A stretch of DNA of 24,929 nt from a virus (lineage: Duplodnaviria; Caudoviricetes). A model generated the notes under the pieces. The model saw only the letters and a list, made by a program, of their open reading frames with translations. It was not told the origin of the DNA and made no database searches. Below are positions 6,596-13,272 of the stretch, piece after piece. Where the stretch lies: positions 1-24,929 of the IMG/VR virus record IMGVR_UViG_3300012948_000020. One strand, 5' to 3'. The translations under genes and the position numbers were made by a program. Position 1 is the stretch's first letter, and every line of letters starts with the position of its first letter.

Positions 6596-9500
6596 TTGAT
6601 GGATTTTTATCAGATCCTCTCTAGAGAAACGAAAGATAAGGGTATTGAACTATACCCTGATTTCATCGTTAAACGCTCTCAGGATCTGATGGTTCAAGGA
6701 CGGACCTTTTATGCCATTTGGGATAAAGAAAAAGGTCTTTGGTCTCGCGATGAGTATGACGTTCAGCGACTTGTAGACGAAGAACTAGAGAGAGAAGCAA
6801 GTAGACTTCGTCAAGAAACGGGAATTAATTACGTGGTAAAATACATGCGCTCATTTCAAAGCAATACTTGGGCGCGATTCAAGCAATTCCTGGCTAATAT
6901 CAGCGACAATAATCATCCTCTCGATTCCAAGATTCTATTCTCGAATTCGGAGATACAGAAGAAGGATTATGCCAGTAGGCATCTGAGCTATCCCTTAGAA
7001 GAAGGCGATATTTCAGCGTGGGATGAGCTTGTTGGGACGTTGTATTCAGTGGAAGAACGAGCCAAAATCGAATGGGCTATCGGATCCATCGTGGCTGGAG
7101 ACTCGAAGAAAATCCAAAAGTTCTTCGTGTTCTATGGGCCCGCTGGATCCGGTAAGTCCACGATTTTGAACGTAATGCAAAAGTTGTTTGACGGCTACAC
7201 GACGACGTTCGATGGGAAAGCACTAGGGCGTGCGGATGGAACATTCGCCACGGAAGCCTTCAAACACAATCCCTTGGTCGCTATTCAACACGATGGTGAT
7301 CTGTCCAGACTTGAGGATAACACTCGGCTGAACTCGATCGTCTCGCACGAACAGATGACGATGAACGAGAAGTACAAGCCGAGTTATTCTGCAAGAGCGG
7401 ATGCATTGTTGTTTATCGGTACGAATCAACCGGTAAAAATCACAGATGCCAAATCAGGAATTATCCGTAGATTAGTAGACATACATCCTACTGGTGTAAG
7501 GATTCCGATCAGGCATTACCAAACCTTGCTGAGTCGAATCGAATTCGAGCTCGGAGCTATCGCTCAGCATTGTCTTCAAGTATATCTGGAAATGGGCAAG
7601 AACTACTACAACGGTTACCGCCCACTCGAGATGATGCTCCAAACCGACGTGTTCTTCAATTTTATCGAAGCCTACTACGATATTTTCAAATCACAAAACT
7701 ACACGACCTTGAAGCAAGCATACGGTCTGTACAAAGAGTTCTGCGGCGAGACCGGTATCGAGAGACCCTTGCCTCAGTACAAAATTCGTGAAGAGCTTCG
7801 TGATTACTTTGACGACTTCAAAGATCGAGGCGAGGTAGATGGAGAAAGAGTACGAAGTCTCTATACTGGATTTAATGCAGAAAAGTTTAAGGTTCCAAAA
7901 GAAACTGATAGCGATCTACCTGCATATTCTCTTGTTATGGATGAGACTAGTTCACTCCTTGATATTGAGTTTGCTGAACAGCCAGCTCAGTACGCAAATA
8001 AAGACGGAGTTCCAGGACGCAAGTGGGAAAACGTTAAACGAACTCTTTCAGATATTGAAACAACGCGTCTCCACTATGTTCGAGTACCCGAAAAACACAT
8101 CGTAATCGACTTCGACCTGAAAGAGCTCAATGGACAGAACAACGCCCTTGAACGTAACTTGGAAGCCGCAAGCAGTTGGCCAGCAACCTATGCCGAGCTT
8201 AGCCAATCTGGAAAAGGCGTACATCTCCATTATGAATATGAAGGAGATTCCGGTGAGCTGGCGACTACATATTCTGAGGGAATTGAGATCAAAGTATATT
8301 CAGGAGATGCATCATTACGAAGAAGACTCTCGCTCTGTAATTCCATTCCCGTTGCAGGAATCAGTAGCGGTCTCCCTCTCAAAAAGAAGAAGGAGAAGAT
8401 GCTTAAGGCCAAGACTATCACATCTGAAAAGGGTCTTAGGGATCTCATAGAACGAAATCTGAGGAAAGAGATCCATCCTGGCACCAAGCCATCTGTCGAC
8501 TTCATTGCTCATATTCTCGAGGAGGCCTATGAATCCAAGCTAAAGTACGACGTCACCGACATGCGTCCCCGTATTCTAGCGTTCGCCAATAACAGCACAC
8601 ATCAAGCATCGACTTGTTTGAAGACCGTTCAGAAGATGCACTTCCAATCAGAACCGGAAGTAGGTCCAGATGCTGTGGTAGAAGTAGACGATGATCGCAT
8701 GGTTATATTTGACGTTGAGGTGTATCCTAATCTCTTTGTCATTTGTTGGAAGTTTCGTGGAGACGACAACGTTGTAAGGATGATCAATCCGACACAAGCA
8801 GAAGTCGAGGCGCTAACGCGACTAAAACTTGTGGGTTTCTACAACCGTCGATTCGACAATCACATTCTGTACGCCGCTGTCTTGGGATATAGCATTCCGC
8901 AATTGTACGAACTTGCTCGAAAGATTGTCGTCGACAACAATCGAAATGCGCCGTTTGCTCAGGCGTACAATCTCTCTTACGCTGATGTCTGGGATTTCAG
9001 CTCGATCAAACAAGGCTTGAAGAAATTCGAGATCGATCTGGGAATCCATCACATGGAGTTGGACTTTCCGTTGAACGAACCCGTAGACGAGAAGGATTGG
9101 CCAAGAGTAGTCGAGTACTGTGTAAATGATGTGAGGGCAACAGAGGCAGTGCTCGAAGATCGATGGGAAGACTTCGTAGCCCGTCAGATTCTGGCCGAGC
9201 TCAGTGGGTTAACCGTCAACGACACGACACAAAGACACACAGCTAAGATCATATTTGGGGACGACAAGAATCCTCAACAATATTTTGTCTATACGGATCT
9301 AAGCGAGGAATTCAATGGCTATACGTTTGATGCTGGAGAGAGCCACTATCGAGGGGAAAACCCAGGTGAAGGTGGTTACGTTTACGCCGAACCTGGTATA
9401 TACAGTTCCGTTGCTCTACTTGACATCGCGTCTATGCATCCCACAACCATTGAAATACTCAATCTATTTGGTAAGTATACTGAAAAATTTGGAGATCTCA

Positions 9501-10381
9501 AGCTGGCGAGAATTGCCATCAAGCGTGGAGATTTTGCCACCGCTCGACAGATGATGAACGGTCGACTAGCTCCGTATCTTGAAAACGAAGAGGGTGCGGA
9601 TAAGCTAGCGTATGCCTTGAAGATCGTGATCAACATCGTCTACGGGCTCACATCGGCAAGTTTCCCTAATCCATTCCGAGATCACAGAAACAAAGACAAC
9701 ATCGTCGCCAAACGTGGCGCGCTCTATATGATCGACTTGAAGAACGATCTACAAGATGCTGGATATTCTGTAGCACATATCAAGACGGACTCCGTGAAGC
9801 TTCCTGAAGCAACACCAGAAGAGATCAACTTCGTAGTAGAGCACGGAGCTCGTTATGGCTATGACTTCGAACACGAGACAACGTACGACAAGCTCTGTCT
9901 CGTGAATGATGCTGTGTACATTGCTTGTAAAGATGGTCAGTGGACAGCTGTAGGTTCCCAATTTCAACATCCTTACGTATTCAAACAATTGTTCTCCGGG
10001 GAAGATTTGGAATTCGACGATTTCTGCGAAAGTAAGAACGTCACCAAGGGGACAATGTATCTAGATAGAGAGGATCATGGCGAAAAAGAAGGAAAAGAAA
10101 AGCAAGAAGACCTCAATTATCGTGACATGCGTCATCTTGGGAGGACTGGCCGGTTCGTACCTGTGTTGGAAGGCGGCGGGACACTTTACCGAGTAGCGGA
10201 CGACAAGTACTATGCTGTGTCGGGTACCAAAGATCATCTGTGGATAGAAGCTGAGATCGCTGCTTCCATGCCAGATCTCCAAATCGATTACTCATATTTC
10301 GAGAAGTTGAAAGACACAGCTATAAAGACCATAGAGGAATTCGGATCATTTGAGGAGTTAGTAAATGGCACAGCAAGATAA
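6596..10381 (+). CDS. Multifunctional replicase: SF3/D5-like helicase + AEP primase + 3'-5' exonuclease + family B DNA polymerase
   Basis: Walker A GPAGSGKST; AEP motifs DFD and SQSGKGVHLHY; exonuclease motifs FDVEV, FYNRRFD and YCVND; PolB motifs DIASMHP, KIVINIVYG and KTDS. Confidence 0.9.
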   Translation: MMDFYQILSRETKDKGIELYPDFIVKRSQDLMVQGRTFYAIWDKEKGLWSRDEYDVQRLVDEELEREASRLRQETGINYVVKYMRSFQSNTWARFKQFLANISDNNHPLDSKILFSNSEIQKKDYASRHLSYPLEEGDISAWDELVGTLYSVEERAKIEWAIGSIVAGDSKKIQKFFVFYGPAGSGKSTILNVMQKLFDGYTTTFDGKALGRADGTFATEAFKHNPLVAIQHDGDLSRLEDNTRLNSIVSHEQMTMNEKYKPSYSARADALLFIGTNQPVKITDAKSGIIRRLVDIHPTGVRIPIRHYQTLLSRIEFELGAIAQHCLQVYLEMGKNYYNGYRPLEMMLQTDVFFNFIEAYYDIFKSQNYTTLKQAYGLYKEFCGETGIERPLPQYKIREELRDYFDDFKDRGEVDGERVRSLYTGFNAEKFKVPKETDSDLPAYSLVMDETSSLLDIEFAEQPAQYANKDGVPGRKWENVKRTLSDIETTRLHYVRVPEKHIVIDFDLKELNGQNNALERNLEAASSWPATYAELSQSGKGVHLHYEYEGDSGELATTYSEGIEIKVYSGDASLRRRLSLCNSIPVAGISSGLPLKKKKEKMLKAKTITSEKGLRDLIERNLRKEIHPGTKPSVDFIAHILEEAYESKLKYDVTDMRPRILAFANNSTHQASTCLKTVQKMHFQSEPEVGPDAVVEVDDDRMVIFDVEVYPNLFVICWKFRGDDNVVRMINPTQAEVEALTRLKLVGFYNRRFDNHILYAAVLGYSIPQLYELARKIVVDNNRNAPFAQAYNLSYADVWDFSSIKQGLKKFEIDLGIHHMELDFPLNEPVDEKDWPRVVEYCVNDVRATEAVLEDRWEDFVARQILAELSGLTVNDTTQRHTAKIIFGDDKNPQQYFVYTDLSEEFNGYTFDAGESHYRGENPGEGGYVYAEPGIYSSVALLDIASMHPTTIEILNLFGKYTEKFGDLKLARIAIKRGDFATARQMMNGRLAPYLENEEGADKLAYALKIVINIVYGLTSASFPNPFRDHRNKDNIVAKRGALYMIDLKNDLQDAGYSVAHIKTDSVKLPEATPEEINFVVEHGARYGYDFEHETTYDKLCLVNDAVYIACKDGQWTAVGSQFQHPYVFKQLFSGEDLEFDDFCESKNVTKGTMYLDREDHGEKEGKEKQEDLNYRDMRHLGRTGRFVPVLEGGGTLYRVADDKYYAVSGTKDHLWIEAEIAASMPDLQIDYSYFEKLKDTAIKTIEEFGSFEELVNGTAR

Positions 10382-10832
10382 CACGGTACTGATGGAAGGT
10401 GTTCGAATTATATTTCGTAACTTCTCCGGCAAAGAGGGCCAGTACAATCGTGAGGGCGATCGTAACTTCGCTGTGTTAATCGATGACGCAACGGCCGAAG
10501 CAATGGCTCGAGATGGGTGGAACGTCAAGACTCTGAGACCTCGTGACGAGGACGAAGAAGAGCACCCACAGCCATATTTGCCAGTCTCGGTAAATTTCAA
10601 AGGTCGTCCGCCCCGGATTGTGTTAATCACGTCTAGAGGCAGGACCAATCTCGATGAAAACTCAGTCGAAATGTTGGACTGGGCGGACATCATCAATGTC
10701 GACTTGATTATTCGTCCTTACGAATGGACGGTCAACGACAAAAGCGGGATCAAGGCATATTTGCAGAGCATCTACGTCACGATCGAGGAGGATGCTTTGG
10801 AGCGTAAGTATGCCGAGATGGACCAAGCATGA
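10365..10832 (+). CDS. Putative single-stranded DNA-binding protein
   Basis: Directly follows the polymerase; FRNFSG...NF and YEW...GIKAYL pattern with an acidic C-terminus, typical of phage OB-fold SSBs. Confidence 0.7.
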   Translation: MAQQDNTVLMEGVRIIFRNFSGKEGQYNREGDRNFAVLIDDATAEAMARDGWNVKTLRPRDEDEEEHPQPYLPVSVNFKGRPPRIVLITSRGRTNLDENSVEMLDWADIINVDLIIRPYEWTVNDKSGIKAYLQSIYVTIEEDALERKYAEMDQA

Positions 10833-11026
10833 TCGAGAATGTGGAATCAGAGTATATTGCGCAGCGCTTCCATGAACTCTATGAGGAGCTTGCTCCAAAT
10901 TTCGGTTACACGACTCGACGATCGTCAGCAGTTCCGTGGGAAAAAGTACCTGAGCCTAATAAGTCGCTTATGATCGCTGTCGCAGACAGGCTCATAATCG
11001 AGGGCACAATTAGGCCAAAACCATGA
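10829..11026 (+). CDS. Small protein, weakly RyR-domain-like
   Basis: IAQRFHELYE...VPWEKVPEPNK pattern; ATGA overlaps at both ends. Confidence 0.65.
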   Translation: MIENVESEYIAQRFHELYEELAPNFGYTTRRSSAVPWEKVPEPNKSLMIAVADRLIIEGTIRPKP

Positions 11027-11118
11027 CGGTAGTTTTAGCTATTGTCATCGCCGTTATAGTTCTGGTCAGCATAGCGTTTGGATATTTCCTTGGTATAACA
11101 CGCAATCGACCCGAATAG
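11023..11118 (+). CDS. Membrane micro-protein, 31 aa (MTVVLAIVIAVIVLVSIAFGYFLGITRNRPE)
   Basis: Not in the ORF track; ATGA-coupled to the previous gene and fills the gap. Confidence 0.65.
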   Translation: MTVVLAIVIAVIVLVSIAFGYFLGITRNRPE

Positions 11119-11126
11119 GACTTATC

Positions 11127-11444
11127 TTGGAACAGACTAGCCTTACGACCAAGTATGTGCGAAAGCCACTATTCGTGGATGCTGTGCAGGTGACCGAGCA
11201 GAACTTTGCGGATATCGCCCGGTGGTGTTTCGGAGAAGTTGGGAACATCGATGAAACTCCGGTGGATAAATCAGCAGAGTATCAACCCACCAAGCAGTAC
11301 ATCCATGTTCGAGTTCACAATCCCAAGAACCCGAGGCAGACAAAGGCGTTTGTGGGAGACTGGATTCTCTACACAGAACGAGGCTACAAGGTCTACACTA
11401 CTAAGGCCTTTCAAGCAAATTTCGATCCGGTAGAAGAAAGCTGA
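11127..11444 (+). CDS. Conserved phage protein (PGDYG-like: RKP..VDAVQ...GDWI)
   Basis: Characteristic motif pattern; TTG start. Confidence 0.75.
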   Translation: MEQTSLTTKYVRKPLFVDAVQVTEQNFADIARWCFGEVGNIDETPVDKSAEYQPTKQYIHVRVHNPKNPRQTKAFVGDWILYTERGYKVYTTKAFQANFDPVEES

Positions 11445-11470
11445 CCAAAACTATAGGGAGGGGTGATATT

Positions 11471-11653
11471 TTGAGCGAGATGAGCTCAGCTGCCAAGATC
11501 GCGGCTGGTGAGGAGAACTCGATCGGTGATATTCGGCGCTACTTCGAGGCAGATGCACGGCCACTTCAACCGAACGAGTTCGTGGCATTTTGGAAGTCGC
11601 TCAGCGAAGAGGACAAGGAAGAGTTCAAGCACGCCGACCTTTCGGCGAAGTAA
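11471..11653 (+). CDS. Hypothetical protein
   Basis: RBS GGGAGGGG; 60-aa ORF. Confidence 0.65.
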   Translation: MSEMSSAAKIAAGEENSIGDIRRYFEADARPLQPNEFVAFWKSLSEEDKEEFKHADLSAK

Positions 11654-11660
11654 TCTAGCT

Positions 11661-11771
11661 GGACCCTGAGTGGGAACTCCCCGATCTCCGCGACCTGGGC
11701 TGACACGACGAACCAGGGAGTGTTGTTCTTGCCGCAGCACGCAGTCCCCGCTGAACAACAGCTTAGGGTCC
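11661..11771 (+). ncRNA. Putative structured RNA upstream of the Rpf-like gene
   Basis: GGACCCTGAGT/GCTTAGGGTCC closing stem; ACTCCC/GGGAGT; TGTTGTTC/GAACAACA; possible loop-loop pairing GGGCTG/CAGTCC. Confidence 0.6.
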
Positions 11772-11790
11772 TTATATTTAGGAGGACCGT

Positions 11791-12108
11791 TTGACAGTAC
11801 TACTCACAGCGCTAGTACTCTTGGTGCACGGTGTGCATCATCAAGATAATCGCTGGAAAGTAGTAAAACCGTACAATGCCAAGTTAGAGCGTATGGCAAT
11901 GTGTGAGTCGACCAAGCGTTGGCATATCGTTACTCACACAAGAACCGCGACATATTACGGCGGACTACAGTTTAGTCTGTCAACGTGGAAATCTGTACAC
12001 GGGAAAGGATATCCTCACAAAAACAGCAAGCTGGAACAGAAGTATCGAGCAGTTTTACTTATTAGACGCCGCGGGTATCAACCCTGGCCTATTTGCGGAA
12101 GCGCATAA
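11791..12108 (+). CDS. Secreted resuscitation-promoting-factor (Rpf)-like lytic transglycosylase
   Basis: Hydrophobic N-terminus; CES (catalytic Glu), YYGGLQF..STW, S..EQ and WP.CG motifs; RBS AGGAGG. Confidence 0.85.
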   Translation: MTVLLTALVLLVHGVHHQDNRWKVVKPYNAKLERMAMCESTKRWHIVTHTRTATYYGGLQFSLSTWKSVHGKGYPHKNSKLEQKYRAVLLIRRRGYQPWPICGSA

Positions 12109-12121
12109 ATTAGGAGAGACT

Positions 12122-12208
12122 ATGATCGATTGGGAAATAGTCAAATCCGTGGGGTTTGTCATAGTAGTGATATGTCTTATCTTCGGGTTTCTCGACTTCT
12201 CTCAGTAA
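12122..12208 (+). CDS. Membrane micro-protein, 28 aa
   Basis: RBS AGGAG; MIDWEIVKSVGFVIVVICLIFGFLDFSQ. Confidence 0.65.
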   Translation: MIDWEIVKSVGFVIVVICLIFGFLDFSQ

Positions 12209-12222
12209 TCTAAGGAGTTAAT

Positions 12223-12486
12223 GTGGCTACAATCGTGCATTGCGATGGATGTGGATTCACTGAGCCCGACGATCTGGCTCAATCACAGCGAAAAATCAAG
12301 AAAGTCACCGTAACCGTCGAACACGATCCTCGTGAGAGTTTCCCAGAAGCCAAAGAGAGAAACTCAGCGGATCTCTGCCCGGATTGTCAGGGACGAATGC
12401 TTCACGAGTACTTTGGTATCCGAGCGGAAGGTCAGCTCGAGACTCCTGCATTTCTTGCACCAAGGAGTCTAAAGGCCGGTGATTAA
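12223..12486 (+). CDS. Zinc-ribbon protein
   Basis: CDGC...DLCPDC; RBS AAGGAG. Confidence 0.75.
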   Translation: MATIVHCDGCGFTEPDDLAQSQRKIKKVTVTVEHDPRESFPEAKERNSADLCPDCQGRMLHEYFGIRAEGQLETPAFLAPRSLKAGD

Positions 12487-12583
12487 GGCAGTTCTTCAAC
12501 CGTGGCAAATTCTAGCTTTTACTGGGTGGTTCATTGGTGTTGAAATCACGTGGATCATCATGAAAGCGAGAAGACAACGATGA
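12479..12583 (+). CDS. Membrane micro-protein, 34 aa (MIKAVLQPWQILAFTGWFIGVEITWIIMKARRQR)
   Basis: Not in the ORF track; AAGGAG upstream; overlap-coupled at both ends. Confidence 0.5.
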   Translation: MIKAVLQPWQILAFTGWFIGVEITWIIMKARRQR

Positions 12584-12687
12584 ACGACTGGGCATTAGTA
12601 GTGCTCATTCTCGGTCTCTGGTGGGGGTTTGTCATTTTATTCGTCGCTGCAGCTTTCGTTAGTACAACGCGACGAAAGATGACTTGA
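12580..12687 (+). CDS. Membrane micro-protein, 35 aa (MNDWALVVLILGLWWGFVILFVAAAFVSTTRRKMT)
   Basis: Not in the ORF track; ATGA coupling; clear TM segment with a basic tail. Confidence 0.6.
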   Translation: MNDWALVVLILGLWWGFVILFVAAAFVSTTRRKMT

Positions 12688-12959
12688 TGAAGAGAAAGCC
12701 GAAGGTCGGAGACCGGATCAAATTCGGTGAGTATCTTGGAATCGTGACGAGTGTGGAACTTCGACATTTCGTCACAATCGACATCACCAACGGCGTGTCA
12801 GAACGTTTGCAGATGAGTCATGTCGATAGCAAGGGAATCGAATTGGTAACGGAGGAAAAACGTGCCAATCAGGCGAGTCAAAGGCGGGTACCAGTACGGA
12901 AGCAGCGGGAAAGTATACAGAGGCAAGGGAGCGAAGAGCAGAGCGTCGAAGCAGGGTAG
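12684..12959 (+). CDS. Hypothetical protein with an SH3/KOW-like N-terminus
   Basis: KVGDRIKF...GIVTSV pattern; coupled to the previous stop. Confidence 0.6.
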   Translation: MMKRKPKVGDRIKFGEYLGIVTSVELRHFVTIDITNGVSERLQMSHVDSKGIELVTEEKRANQASQRRVPVRKQRESIQRQGSEEQSVEAG

Positions 12960-13002
12960 AGCAATCAAAGCCAATCAAGCAAGACAGAAGAAGAAATCAT
13001 GA
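12862..13002 (+). CDS. Small highly basic protein, 46 aa (MPIRRVKGGYQYGSSGKVYRGKGAKSRASKQGRAIKANQARQKKKS)
   Basis: Not in the ORF track; GGAGG at 12851-12855 precedes GTG12862; resembles a widespread small phage protein (recall). Confidence 0.7.
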   Translation: MPIRRVKGGYQYGSSGKVYRGKGAKSRASKQGRAIKANQARQKKKS

Positions 13003-13082
13003 GCTGGATCATCTGGTTGGTCATCATCGTCTTGGTTCTCATGTTTCTCTTCTGGGTGATTACAAGACGGTCGCAGAAATAA
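12999..13082 (+). CDS. Membrane micro-protein, 27 aa (MSWIIWLVIIVLVLMFLFWVITRRSQK)
   Basis: ATGA-coupled; single TM segment with a basic tail. Confidence 0.6.
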   Translation: MSWIIWLVIIVLVLMFLFWVITRRSQK

Positions 13083-13100
13083 CATGTACTATAATGAGAG
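13072..13100 (+). promoter_or_regulatory. Repeated putative phage promoter motif, copy 5
   Basis: CGCAG-aaataacatgtacta-TAATGAGAG. Confidence 0.75.
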
Positions 13101-13141
13101 AGCTGAACGTTTTGAGGTGCTACCTAACGCTCTCTTTTTTT
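13096..13141 (+). ncRNA. Putative small RNA / terminated leader 4
   Basis: GAGAGC (13098-13103)/GCTCTC (13129-13134) followed by T7. Confidence 0.5.
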
Positions 13142-13160
13142 CTTGCTCTCTTTTTTTCTT
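13129..13160 (+). repeat. Exact 16-bp tandem duplication, GCTCTCTTTTTTTCTT x2
   Basis: Read directly: 13129-13144 equals 13145-13160. Confidence 0.9.
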
Positions 13161-13272
13161 CGATTTTCCCAAGTTTGGTAAGCGAAGAGGGAGGATGCCT
13201 TACGTAGACAATCTGCGGCCCAGATGTGTTAGGCCAGGGTCATTGTAAAGCCATACAGGAGGGTATGACCTA

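Noticed and set aside
11661-11771. c-di-AMP (ydaO) or ZTP riboswitch
   Set aside because: The context is suggestive, but the conserved sequence blocks of these families are not recognisable.
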